From NCBI GenBank assembly GCA_030141605.1, contig JAQGDQ010000844.1, positions 1-64,000 of the forward strand: a stretch of 64,000 nt of DNA, in the 5' to 3' direction. Each line of letters starts with the position of its first letter. The first letter of the stretch is position 1. This DNA is from Tubiluchus corallicola. Taxonomy: Eukaryota > Animalia > Priapulida. Below are positions 13,501-28,500 of this stretch, in pieces. Below the pieces are notes generated by a model. That model was not told the DNA's origin and did no database searches. It saw only the letters and a program-made list of their open reading frames with translations. A program made the translations under genes and the position numbers.

Positions 13501-16500
13501 ACATAACGTATGTATTTATGAACTGCTCTTTCGCTATTTTTCCAAAGGCGATACACAATTAAAAATAACACAAGCCGGTAATAAAATTACTTTGAGCCTA
13601 TTATGCAATAACTAGCACACAAATATGACAATGGAAAAGAAAATATGACTATAACATGCTTTTATGAACAATAAACAGAAACGCTGAAGCGTTAAAAGTG
13701 CATAAAATAAAACAGACCTCTTGCTGTATCGGGAACGGGTCGCTCGGGTCGTGAATGCTTTGTGCTCTCGTAACCTACCATGTAAACAATTCAGCACAGT
13801 GAACAATCATGCAACAATGACATGCACATTCTGATGTAACAATGCCGCAAAACAATGACAGCAAATGAATGAGTTTTTATAGCTAAACCTACAGCATGCA
13901 AATGGATCAGTTCTTAAAGCAGTGTACTAAATTAATGTAAGGTACGACAACTAGGTACTGAAATCTGCTACGTTGCTGTAACTACGTTATTGCATTTCGC
14001 ACTGAAGCATATGTCCAGCGCTCAAAGATGGCAGGTTTAATAATAAGTTTTTATATAAAAAATAAAACACATATCTTACAAAAAAATATGGAGTAATACT
14101 AAAGGCAGGCTGTTATCAACGTTCAACGTAAATGATTTTTTCATACTAAAACTACACTAAAGCTAAACATATATTTGTGTATAACATTTGACGTAAACTA
14201 AATAATGCAGCAGAATGGGTAAATCCCGAGATATCTTGTGCAAAGTTTAACAATATGTGCCTTCAGTTTGACAACATTCATCTTTCTCTGGTTTGTAAAG
14301 TACACAAGAGCTGAATAAGTGCAAAAAATAAATAAATAAATATCTGCTAACAGAGAAAAGAAATGCCAATAAAAGTGTGCAACTAGGCGCAGTATAACTA
14401 CAGATAGTCGTCGACTTACGACCACAATACATTCCGGAGGATTGGTCATGAAAGAACTGGACACAACTCGGACCTAAACGGTCATGAATGAACTGGACAC
14501 AACTCGGACCTAAACGGTCATGAAACAATTGGACACAAGTCTGACCTAAATGGTCATGAAAGAACTGGACACAAGTCGCACCTAAACGGTCGGTCATGAA
14601 ACAATTGGACACAAGTCGGACCTAAACGGTCATGAAGCAATTGGACACAAGTCGGACGTAAAAGTGATGAAACAATTGGACACAAGTCGGACCTAAACGT
14701 TCATGAAACAATTGGACAGAAGTTGGACCTAAATGTTCATGAAATAATTGGACACAAGGACCTAAATGTTCAACGTATATTAGAGCGTGTGCCCTTATAA
14801 GCAAGACGTGCACTAAGTATGACTGAGCCTATGACGAATTTGTCTACGATGAAAAAGATTTAAAGTTAATTTGTTTAAGAAATAGAAGGAAGTACGAGGC
14901 ATACTTGGTTTTGAATAATTAACCAATTAATTTTCGGTCGGGTCGTAAAGTCGAACAGACGCATAGGTCGTAAGAGTAGACGACTACATGTATTATATAA
15001 TATGGTTGGAAATCTTTGAGCCGCCTTTTACCGAACATTAATCTGACACTTTAAACAACAGATAACCTAATAAAGCAAATTGTGGTTTAGATTTTAAATG
15101 GCTACTTAGCAGATATTAATTTGCTTATATGGATGAAATAAAAGAAGACAATGAAAACTAGACTAACACAGTATTTGAACCCGAGACTCTTGACACACTA
15201 GAACTGTACTTTAAGCCTGTTCAGAAATATCTTTTTTTACATGGAACCACTCGGTTCACCTGTCTCAAAGCTGCAATTAACCATTTGACAACGATACACG
15301 TTTGGTTTACTTTTGACCCATCAGTAAATTAAACATCAATAATTACATTAACTACAATATCACTTTACCTTAAACCGAGAGACTTCCTTTGTTTTTGGGG
15401 AAGACGGTGGCAAATCAATTATCTCCACATCGGGTCTCTTCTCGATCGGCTGCAGGCGTCGTTCCTTCCCCAAGTGTCGGGCGTAGATGTACTCCAACTC
15501 GCTGCGCTGGATAGAACCGAGCAGAATCATTGAGTCTAAAATAATGAGAAGAAAGTTGAAATAAAAAGTATGAAAGAAAAGAACACCATGCTAGCAATAT
15601 CATACAGGTGAAAACTGTAACATAGTTCTGGAGTTTTTTGCTAAATGCCGCTAATAAAAAATTATAGTTTGCTTATTGTATTTACTTTATTGATTACATT
15701 CAAACGTGTGATTAAAATAGAATAATAGAATAATACGCTGCTCCTATAAAACAAAAAATAAAGCACAAAATTAAAAATAGACTAAAATCGATTACGTCCG
15801 ATTAAAAAATTCTCTTTAAAATGTAACCAACTTAAATTTGAAGGCAATTAATAAAAACTGTGCTGAAGTCAAGAAGCAAAAATTGAAAAATAAGACAATC
15901 TTGCGACAACATGGCATATTTACTTATCCTTTACTACGGCACAAGTATTGATTTGTACCTTCATCGTCGACTAATGGAAAGGAACGCAAAACCGTCGTGT
16001 AGAGTAAATCCTTCACTTGCTTATACGTCGTTTTCAGCGTCACGTATTTGACTTTTTTTACCATTATGTCTTCTACATTTACATCATAGGCGCGACTGAA
16101 AAATAAAAAAATGATTACAAAATTAAATGTTTCTCGAATAAGTGTGTAGTAACAACAGCCAAACACAACAACAGATTAAGAAAATAGTGACAATGACTAA
16201 AAAAAATCTCACAATTAAAAAACAAGCAAAAAGAAGGAAAAGGCACAAATTCTCGAACTGCCATTGTAGTTCTTCAGGTGAACATAAAAAAGCAAAAAAG
16301 AGAAAAGAAATTACTAGAACTACTGAACTAATTTTTGAGAGATTTTTGTTTATGTTAATAACACATAAAAAGGATATTGCACTGAACAGAACACAATTAC
16401 ACAGACAAGGGCGTATCAAGACTTTACAATGCCCTGGGCTGATAGTTCTGTCCCGCCCAAATCTGTTGTGAATTTATGGTTGCTTATGTAATGAACAGAT

Positions 16501-19500
16501 TAAACAATTACTTGTGGTGTATTAGATACACTATTAACCTAGTTTCTACATGGTCATTATTAATTACATGTATTTGTATAGTGCTTATATTCAAGAACAC
16601 TGCTTGTTGTATAATATCTTGCACCTGCTTGTTATGTCGCACTTATATAAAAGTTCCTCTCAGTAACTGCCTGTAGTGTGTTATAAAATCTCCCCTTTAC
16701 ATGAATATGAAAGCATAAGCATTTTCCGAGGAGAATAAGAGTTTTTCCTAAAATGTGACGCCCTCAAATTTTGGTACCCTAGGCCTTGTTAGCCTATTGG
16801 TTAATACGCCCCTGTACATTGAATCACATAGTTAAAACACAGAAGCACAGCAGATAAAAACACAAGGCAGAAACACGGAAATATAAAATCCCTGTCCACA
16901 GTCGTAGAACAGAGTGGGACACAACAGAATTAAAATGCCCCTGCCAGACTTTTTTAAACCTAAAGACAAACATTACTTTTTCCTGCTGTTATTTACAGAA
17001 AAAAAATTAAGGGGGTAGTTTGGCACTCTTACTTAATGTAGATTAGTTACGGACTATGGACTATATCACTTGTGGAAGGACTGGAACTATCTGATTACCA
17101 ATAATGAACTGGAAAAGCTCTCTCAGTAATGTTCAGATGTGAATACGTGTACTTATGCTACTCCAAGAAGTAAATTACCAGGAACAGCATGGTAGATAAA
17201 ACTAACAGGAACAGGGACATCCATCCATCCACTGATCAGTCAGGACACTGTTTAACTTCTGTTGCTGAGCACACACAGTAATCATTTGGCTGTTCACTTC
17301 AACCAGACTAAGTGTTATTTATGAAAAGCTTACCTTTTCTTTGTAGAGATAATATCAGGTAAAAATGGTAGCCGCTTCACACGAATTATGCTGTCATAAA
17401 AAGAAGGTTGCAGAAGGTTTGCCACGGCGTTCGATATCAAAACTGCTACCTGTGAACAGTAAAAAACACATCACAACATCAACATCGTAGTGAAAAAAAT
17501 GAACGAAATAATTCCATAATGGTTTGAAAAATACAAATTAACTACATTGCAATTCGTAAAATCTAGAAACGATTGAGACATCAATTAAAAGTTACAAAAT
17601 GGAGTGAATTACTAATTTTTAATATTGTTGTGTTACTGCAAACATTCCCCTTTTATCTGTTTTGCAATTAAAAGACTTGCTCTTTTCTTTACCGCTAAAA
17701 ATAGTCGGTTTGTTTTGCAAAGTTATTTTAGAATTTTGCCACATTTTGCTAAGCTTGCTCTACAAAATATTCTCTATGAGCAATGGCCACAATCAATGCA
17801 GTTTCATGATGATTCTGAGTGATTTTTTTGTAAATGGATCAATTTTTATTCAACGTTTGACTTTTTTTCTGTTCAGATACTTAAGTAGCTGTTAAATAAA
17901 GTCAGTTTGACTGAAAATACCTGCCACCACTATCAACATCGGACAATAAATTACGCTAACTGTACTGATTTAAACTTGTGTTGCCCCCTCTTTTCTGTTA
18001 TAAACTGGTTTCTTTTTAAACAGGTCATGTGACCAGTCTTTTACCTGTACACTTACCTGTAGATTGGAGTAACTAAGGCGTTCACACACTGCAGTGACAG
18101 ATTGTTTAGCGTCATTCATTGATTTGTTGTTATAATTTCATAATTACACTTATAGAAGATCACCATGTAAGTTGATTTCTAAATTTCTTAAATCTTGAAC
18201 CTTTGTTTATTAAAAAGACTAGAGAATAGATTTTATAATTTGCGTAAAAGTTTGTTAAAGTTAATTAGATCAATTTGGTTTAGATTTCGCCGAAAAATTG
18301 AGCAAAATTATATAAAATTATCTTATTTGTTTTCAGATTAAACGATACAAGCTACACAATTATGTTGTTGGAGTTTTTTTATAAGAAGGTAGCACACTAA
18401 CGTCGCCACTTACCATCACAGGAAGAATGTGAGAAATCTGACCCGTCAGCTCAAATACTATCACAGATGTTGAAATTGTGTGAGTAACGCTACCAGACAT
18501 GGCCGCCGCACCTAATTAAAACAGACACAGTGGAACACATTGACCAATGGTCAAGAAAGTCTTTATAAGTCAAAATGCCAAAAGTTCTACAGAGCTTAAT
18601 GCTGAATTGAAATTTCTAATACAAGACAAAATTTGTTAGACTGAAAACTGTTCACACATCACACGGATCTATATATATATGTGTGCTTTACTGCCTGCTT
18701 ATAAATCCAGTTTTTTCTCTCCGGCCTCTTACCTACGAGAAAATTGTTTCTCAGTTAACTACAATCTCATCTGCTTCAAGAAGATGTCAACATTCTAGCA
18801 CTGACAAACATGTTATAAAATATTTACTTTTCTAGACATGCAGCCGTATTTCCACATATGCATCTGGAATTACATGGCTTCTGTGTGGAAAGTGCGACAA
18901 CCACTTGTTAGGCTAAAAGCAATAGAGAAGTTTGGTGCATGCTTGCACGCACACATCCCACACATTCTAGACATTTCATCACCCAAATCTTCTGTTACTG
19001 ACTGCCCATCGCACATTCAGGACATTCAATAGCCGCATATACCATACACTTCATACTCAACACATTCCACTGCCGCACATTCTGCACACATGTATACAAA
19101 CTTACAACCAAGCTATTCCACTGCCTCACATTCCACACATGTGTGTACAAGTTCATAACGAAGCTATTCCACTGCCTCACATTCCACACACGTGTACAAG
19201 TTCATAACCAAGCTATTCCACTGCCGCACATTCCGCACGCATGTATACAAACTTATAACCAAGGTATTCCACTGCCTCACATTCCACACATGTATGCAAG
19301 TTCATAACCAAGCTATTCCACTGCTGCACATTCCGCACACATGTGTACAAGTTCGTAACCAAGCTATTCCACTGCCGCACATTCCGCACACATGTGTACA
19401 AGTTCATAACCAAGCTATTCCACTGCTGCACATTCCGCATGCATGTATACAAACTTATAACCAAGGTATTCCACTGCCTCACATTCCACACATGTGTACA

Positions 19501-22500
19501 AGTTCATAACCAAACTATTCCACTGCTGCACATTCTGCACACATGTGTACAAGTTCATAACCAAGCTATTCCACTGCTGCACATTCCGCACACATGTGTA
19601 CAAGTTCATAACCAAGCTATTCCACTGCTGCACACTCCGCACGCATGTATACAAACCTATAACCAAGCTATTCCACTGCCTCACATTCCACACATGTGTG
19701 TACAAGTTCATAACGAAGCTATTCCACTGCTTCACATTCCACACACGTGTACAAGTTCATAACCAAGCTATTCCACTGCCGCACATTCCGCACGCATGTA
19801 TACAAACTTATAACCAAGGTATTCCACTGCCTCACATTCCACACATGTGTGTACAAGTTCATAACGAAGCTATTCCACTGCTTCACATTCCACACACGTG
19901 TACAAGTTCATAACCAAGCTATTCCACTGCCGCACATTCCGCACGCATGTATACAAACTTATAACCAAGGTATTCCACTGCCTCACATTCCACACATGTA
20001 TGCAAGTTCATAACCAAGCTATTCCACTGCTGCACATTCCGCACACATGTGTACAAGTTCATAACCAAGCTATTCCACTGCCGCACATTCCGCACACGTG
20101 TACAAGTTCATAACCAAGCTATTCCACTGCTGCACATTCCACACGCATGTATACAAACTTATAACCAAGGTATTCCACTGCCTCACATTCCACACATGTG
20201 TACAAGTTCATAACCAAACTATTCCACTGCTGCACATTCCGCACACATGTGTACAAGTTCATAACCAAGCTATTCCACTGCTGCACATTCCGCACACATG
20301 TGTACAAGTTCATAACCAAGCTATTCCACTGCTGCACATTCCGCACGCATGTATACAAACTTATAACCAAGCTATTCCACTGCCTCACATTCCACACATG
20401 TGTACAAGTTCATAACCAAACTATTCCACTGCTGCACATTCCGCACACATGTGTACAAGTTCATAACCAAGCTATTCCACTGCTGCACATTCCGCACACA
20501 TGTGTACAAGTTCATAACCAAGCTATTCCACTGCCGCACATTCCGCACACATGTGTACAAGTTCATAACCAAGCTATTCCACTGCTGCACATTCTGCACG
20601 CATGTATACAAACTTATAACCAAGGTATTCCACTGCCTCACATTCCACACATGTGTACAAGTTCATAACCAAACTATTCCACTGCTGCACATTCCGCACA
20701 CATGTGTACAAGTTCATAACCAAGCTATTCCACTGCTGCACATTCCGCACACATGTGTACAAGTTCATAACCAAGCTATTCCACTGCTGCACACTCCGCA
20801 CGCATGTATACAAACTTATAACCAAGCTACTCCACTGCCTCACATTCTGCACACATGTATGCAAGTTCACGACCAACCTAATGTAACACTTTGCACTTAC
20901 CCACAACCGCATACCCTCCAGGCACTATTGTGTAATTGCTCATGCCCAACCGAATACCACTCGGAAACAAAGTTGCCATAACTTCACCCACCAGGCGTCC
21001 GAAAGCCGCTCCTTAAAATACAACAGACAATTAGAAACAAATTTACTTTCGACAGCACTGAAAATTTGTAATCAAGTAAAATAACGTTCTAGATTCCTCT
21101 ACGCACCAGTGACAAAGATGGGAATAAAAACTCCACTTGGAACGGGAATCGTCTGCGCCAGCGCCGTCATCCAAAACTGAAAGAAACAATCAGAAAATGA
21201 CGATCCAAGATCGAAATGAAATTTATGTTGAGTGAATTTAATTATAACAGTACAATAACTATGAAAGGCAAAGAAATGAGCGACATTGTACAAAATAGAG
21301 CAGTAAGCTGCCATCCATCAGAGCAAACGGAAAGCACTCATTTTAAAAAAAATACCATAATCATCCAACACAATATTGGTCCAATCTGCTGACATCAGGT
21401 TTTTGCACCTGCCATCACAACACTGTCGTATGATCTAAGCCTATGACATATCAAAGCATCCAGCGACTGGAACCGAGAAAGAATGCATATTGTCAATGGG
21501 TGATGAAACCAAAGGTTTTGGCAGCAGATGCTAAAAGTTCTTCTTATTTTTTGAGCGTTTGGTTTCCAGTCTCGGTTTCTCAACCAGCCGATGACGACTC
21601 GGCCTGCGAATTACTATATGAATAAATAACGTAAAAGAAAAAGTGATGAAAAATAAATTAGATATCATCCATCTTGCTTTTCTGCTGAGAACAAAGAGAT
21701 TGGACACCGGGCACTTTGGTGTTAACTGACGCTGGATATTGGAAGCCAGATGCTGGAGACTGGAAGCGAGACGCTGGACACTAGAAGCCAGATGCTGGTC
21801 GCTTTGGTACATCATAGGTATAAGATTATGAATGAATGGAAGAGCCAAGACTTTATCATCGCTGTAAGTACTGAAGCATGCAAAGGAAAAACAGTTTCCA
21901 CAGTTGCTTTAAACCTACATTATAGCATCTACAAATTGCTTAATTCAATAGTGTGTTTGTTGATGGTGCCGCAGACGAGATAAACGTATTATAAACACTT
22001 TAATGTGGTGTAAAAACAATGCAGTGTCATCCAAACACAAAGCACAGAAACAATGATCACTCCTGATTTTACTTGTTGCTCAAAACTTGTGGCTAAAACA
22101 GTGTTTGTACTTCATGTATCTAAAAGCGAATGCTTACCATCATAATAACATAGAGTGACAGTGATAAGTACACATTGGTATGTGGCGTCCTCCAGTGGTT
22201 GATGAGACTTTCATCAACTACATTGTTCTCACCACAACACCAGGTGATGTTGCTAAACAGTTCTTCAATGGCTGACTTAGTAGTAATCTAAAAGTATATT
22301 AAAGATGTTTTTTATATACGTATAGTAAACTGTGTTAAAACGTTTCAAAAATGTACAGGTCGGATACGTTTAAAAAATAAGTTTAATCAATTGCTTACAT
22401 GAAAGAACAGAAGCAATATTTTATTGCAGAACAGAAATTTTCCTGCATACTTAATTATGAGTGCTTAATTACAACAACGTCGATGTCTCATTAATTTATG

Positions 22501-25500
22501 GGCTTAGAGTAGGCTACGACGACTTCAAACATTAAATTAGACACAGGTGAATAAACCATGATTCAGGAATTTAAAAGCGCCCGATAGGCTGGGAGTGGAT
22601 ACCGTAAGCTTTACATACAAACTTAGATAGAGCGCATCTATGCGATATGCTCCCCATTGCACATATCTAGGTGGTACTTACTCCGCCCGCCATATACTTT
22701 CCAACCCCTAGCGGAAATGTGATGGATGAGATGAGTATTGCAATCAAACTAGGATATACAAAACGACTGAAACGAAATAATAGAAAATTTTTAACACATT
22801 CCTAGTCACTACATTCTGTTTTTCCATGTATAAGCATCATATAAACCATCTGACACTTATCTTTTTATTCGCTTCGAGTTAATAGTTCCAAAAGTCAATA
22901 CTAGGATCACAGTGACATCAGCAGAATTTATGAAACAAAGAGAACTGACAAAAAGTACTGCAAATATCCCAACTTAAAAAGGTGTAACGGTTGGAAGAGT
23001 ATTTGACTGAACATTTTTTAGATCGGCCAAGCACAGCATCAATCTCGTAGTGTCCCAAATGTTCAACCTCAAACATCTCGGAAACAAGATTAAATTACCT
23101 GAATCCTAAAACCAGTGCAAATTTTGCTTGCACGAGGTTTCTTATTCTCTACAACTGTATAAAAGCTCTTTTAAGTTCAAATATAGTAAAAATGAGCTTA
23201 ACAATAATCATTCAACAAAAAATTATTTTTTAAACGACAATTTTTTCAGTGACAATGTGATACTTACTTTTTTTGTAAAAAGTACATAAGGCGTTTTTGT
23301 CGACGATTAAAATACACTATTTGTCGGTGGAAAAAGACGAATAGAGCCCCAATCATGCCACACATAACACTGCAAATAGCAGAAAATCAATAAATTCACA
23401 GTTAGATTAAATGATTTGAAAAAGAACGGAGCAGCAGTTACATGAGACAGAAACAGTCATTGGCGATTCACTGCAAAAATCATTGGAATTAGTTTACGTA
23501 AACGGCCCGTAGATGTCACTCACCCGATAAAAGAGAAGGCGAGAAGCTCCAGCGGATCGAACGGGAAATCAACGGGGAATGTTGTTCTAAATAAGGCAGT
23601 AATCGTTTCTGAAAAGAAAAACAGATGAACGTCCAAAATTAGCAAAAAGCGGTGACACAAATTTGTCAATTATGATTACCATCTGTATGACACAGATGTT
23701 CGCTATGTGTGCACTGTTTGGTCTAGTTAATAAAACATAACCATGAAAGCAAGCGATAGACTTTTTATGATTTAGTCTAACCCACAATGTCAGATGAGTG
23801 CTCTACAGCTTGGGCTGTAGCAGACAGGTGACCAATAATGTGTACGGTCACACAAGTGCATGCCAGGCTAAGCTACTCAACAGGCTAAGTTGGAGTGCCT
23901 TTTTTTCTTAAATTTATCCAATTAAATCACTTATAAATGTTTAAACAAATGATTGGATAGCCGAGATTCTCCTGAGCAGAACAGTATCTACTTTATAATC
24001 ATTTAGTTATGTTTCCGCTTATACAGTAGCAGAAAAGTCATAGGTCTTATAAGACCTATTTAGAATTGTGCTATCCTGAAGGAGTTAAAAAAGTAATGCA
24101 AGTCGCCAAAATAAGCTTTAGACGTCTTAATGTCCTTCCTCTCTTGCACATGTGTTTTATATGCAATATACGCGAGAAAAGTACCTTCGTCAGAAAACCA
24201 CACAGCAAGTAGTCGGAAGATCATAGCTCCACACACTGCAGCAAAGAATCCACGCCAATAATTCCGCACGGCAAAGAACGTGCTTGTGACTTCAATACTG
24301 AATAACACACCTACAGAAACAAAAACTCAGAAGAATAAATGAATACAGTTTAATGACATGTAATATAATGCAATGGAATGGAATGGAATGAAAACTAGTA
24401 AAACAACAAAATTGTACAGTTAATATTTCAAAGCAGCTGGTTAAGTAGCTCTGGTCAATTTCATTTTGAAACTAGCATGGCCGACTTTACATTGTTTATG
24501 TCGTGCATTTTTATTTAGTTTTTTCCTATCTGATGCTCAAGCATTTCCACTTTATAGTGACTAAATGTGGCTGAATGTGACATGGAATCATCACACTGCC
24601 AAATCAACAACTGTTTCAACTGGATAATCAAAGCAAAAACATTGGGACGAAACTTGATGACAAAAACGTAAAAAAGAAAAAACAAAAACAACAAGGTACA
24701 GGGAGTTTTTTACGCTCAAAGTAAAAGGTGAGTTTTTTACGCTCAACGTAAAAGGTGAGTTTTTTACACTCAAGGTAAAAGGTGAGTTTTTTATGCTCGA
24801 GGTAAAAGGTGAGTTTTTTACGCTCAAGGTAAAAGGTGAGTTTTTTACACTCAAGGTGAGATTTTGACACTCAAGGTAAAAGGTGAGTTTTTTACGCTCA
24901 AGGTAAAAGGCGAGTTTTTTACACTCATGGTAAAAGGTGAGATTTTTACGCTCAAGGTAAAAGGTGAGTTTTTTATGCTCACCGTAAAAGGTGAGTTTCT
25001 TACACTCAAGGTAAAAGGTGAGTTTTTTACACGGTTCGTGAGAACACAAAGCAGAATTCGGCTAAAAGGTGAGTTTTTTACACGCTTCGTGAGAACGCAA
25101 CACCAGAATTCAGCTAAAAGGTGAGTTTTTTACACAGTTCGCGAGAACACAAACCAGAATTCAGCTAAAAGGTGAGTTTTTTACACGCTTCGTGAGAACA
25201 CAAAAAAGAATTCAGCTAAAAGGTGAGTTTTTTACACGCATCGTGAGAACACAAACCAGAATTCAGCTAAAAGGTGAGTTTTTTACACGCTTCGTGAGAA
25301 TACAAACCAGAATTCAGCTAAAAGGTGAGTTTTTTACACGCTTCGTGAGAATACAAACCAGAATTCAGCTAAAAGGTGAGTTTTTTACACGCATCGTGAG
25401 AACACAAACCAGAATTCAGCTAAAAGGTGAGTTTTTTACACGCTTCGTGAGAATACAAACCAGAATTCAGCTAAAAGGTGAGTTTTTTACACGGTTCGCG

Positions 25501-28500
25501 AGAACACAAACCAGAATTCAGCTAAAAGGTGAGTTTTTTACACAGTTCACGAGAACACAAACCAGAATTCAGCACTTAACAATGGCGTACTGCCAATGTT
25601 AAGTGGTTCTGGCAGGATGGGAACTAAAATAACTATCAAAGTCAAACATGCAACATGAGTTACCAGGCTGGTTGTGCAGACTTAGCCACATTCGGATGTG
25701 AATGCATCCCCCCAAAGAGGTAAATAGCAAGAATCAGTATGGTGAATGAAACCTCCCAAAAGTGATTAACCGAGCAGTCAACCAAACATTTACTAACTGG
25801 ATTCAGCACTGTTTAACTTTACTGCCAGTCACACATTGTGATCACTCTGTTACTTTTCCTGCCATAACTTATGAATATGGTAAATCTCTTCTATGTGATA
25901 CTAAAAACTGCAAAAGATACTTTGAGCATTTACGCCATAAGCTCATAGTACAATTAATGAAAATATCAACACTGTGTATTCAATACTCGACTAGTTGTTC
26001 ACACCAGTATCAACAAGTTGGTTAAATAAAGAGGCTGACTCTTGTGAACTCTAGTCGTTTTGTTAACAAACAATCTTATGTCTACTGCAACACATTTCAT
26101 AGCAGTTGTTATAATATGCCCAATCTCTGTGGATAGCGTACGTTTTCAATAGCTTAACACTTTATTTCAGAATAATGGAATGTTGATAATAGTAACGCCC
26201 TACAGATTAGATAAACAACAGTGAAGTACTTATAGCTGTCTGCTGTTCTTGAACGAGTGTTACAGAAGACAAGGTCACCTTCGAAAAACCCAAAATATAA
26301 GACGTCTTTTCACTGCCATCAGATGCAATACCGATGAGACAACAATAATGGTTTCATGCTTCGTTCAATTTTTACCAACATTGGGCCTATTTTTCAATAC
26401 TAAAAGTCTGAATACTAGACTACGTGGTAAGAAAATGATATGCATAGTCAGCTGGTCAAGCAAATGTGATATACACGTATGATTGTAACAGACGAGGCAG
26501 GAAATACGTTGACCAGACAATAAGGCAACTGCATGTGCACATTCAGGAATGGGCCAATGTTGAAGCGAAAAGACAGACACACACACAAACTCAAGATTTT
26601 CTTTAGCCTTCAAATATTTTGTGGATTTGATTTATAGAGTAACAACAGCTAACTTAGAGAAGGAAAAACTGCTAGAAAAAAAACTTAGGTTACCTCCAAT
26701 AGGAGCAGCGAAACTGCAACCGACACCAACGGCGCAGGCAGCTGCAAGCATCTCCGTCTTTCTAGACTCGTTCTGAAAAATTCAACAAATGTCAAAATTA
26801 ATGGTAAAATAATATATATATATATATATATATGTATATACATATATATATATATTATTTTACCATTAATATGCAATTTGTTAAATTGTATATATATATA
26901 TATCATTTTTATTCATACTCCTGTTACAATCATATAAAATAAACAAACAGATCAACAAGCAAAATAGCATTAATTAACAAGATTAGTAAGCAATGTGAAT
27001 ATATACAATTAAGTGAGAGTAAGATATGTTAGTATGGCGTACAACTCATTCCTGTCAAAAAAATCAAAACAATTATGTTCTAGAACCCATATAACTTCTT
27101 TAATGAAATTTTTACAGCCCGTATTTGTTCTTTGCTAACATTACTCCGTACATCTAATGTACAAGAAAAAACTTTAGAAAGAAAATTTTCATTTGTGTAA
27201 AAAGTTTTGTACTCGTTAAAAATAGATAACAAATTACAACGCATTATAGAAGATGCATGAAATCGAGAATCATGCGCAAAGAAATTGGCTACGTGATTTT
27301 CACTACATAAGTAACTATGGTAAAATTTAACAAATCGTTTCTGTAACTGTTTAAGAGGGGGGGGGGGGGAACAATATCACTTATAAAAGGAAGACAGTAT
27401 CTGTGTGATCTAAACGGCAAATTCCAAAGTTTTCTTACCACAATAAATTGGTTAAGTTACTGAGCTGAAAATATGCTGTTTATAGTTTAATTAGATTCTA
27501 AATGCCATTCAAATGTACTTTGAAATCACAAATATGCTTTATGTGATAAGGCAAAAATAAACTTTGTGAATTTGCAAAAAAATTCTAGCACCCAGTTTTT
27601 AAACCGGGCATTCTTTATTACTGAAACCGTTGATGTTTTAACGATGCATTCAAAGTGAAGAATATTGGAAAATATATCAAACTTGTACACCTCCAGCAAA
27701 AAGCATAGCTAGAGTGGATCTCGACCCACAAATGTCACATTTTTTGGGACAAAATTAGTGAATCTTACACATAGGCAACTCAAAAACTATTTTTTGTTTC
27801 CATGTAATCTCACTCTAGTACGTGCACTTTAATGATTCATAGTTTGTTAAGAAATTAAAGGGCAAATGCCTATAACATTGGTAAAAAAATTAGCAGCGCA
27901 TGATTCACTAATTCACTTAATATACGTTACGTTACTGCAGTAATGTGGGGAATAATAAGCAAAAGAGTACAATGTTCACAAACTGCAATAACTCGAACAA
28001 TTCAAGTAAGGGTAAACTTACCTCATAAATACCTTTGAAAGAAGTGATGAGTTTACTAAGTAAAGTAGCTACTATACTGGCAATATGTACAAATGGACCC
28101 TGGAAGACAATAAGAAAAGCTTCACAAATTATCTGTGCATATGAAAATAATTTCCACACATTCAATTAAATACAACCATTTATTTCTACACCTGTAATTT
28201 TAACACAGTATTTTAAAGAGCATAGAGAGAAACAGCAAAGTCAAAAGAATGCAGCCAGTTAAACACACTGGAACAGTCTAGCACTTGATGGGGGTCTTGA
28301 AAGGAAATCGATAGCTCTTTAGACAAAGAAGCAACCAGGCTACAACCTTGGTGTGAGTCTCGTTTACAAATGCTTCTATCAGAATGATAGGCTATAAGTT
28401 AATTCGTTCATTTTTTCTGGATCACCCTGTATTATAACTTTAAATTGTATGGCAGGTAAAAGCAAAATACAGGATTCTAGTTATACTACATTCCAGATTA

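Noticed and set aside
19059-20981. Many overlapping ORFs up to 193 aa (His/Cys-rich) and a CRISPR-like periodicity
   Set aside because: These are by-products of a 49-51-bp tandem repeat inside a ClC-2 intron. There are no unique spacers and no cas genes, and the context is eukaryotic.
24591-25602. Repeat ORFs (KGEFFT...)
   Set aside because: Unit lengths of 27 and 51 are multiples of 3, so open frames are expected. No splice or start context supports coding.
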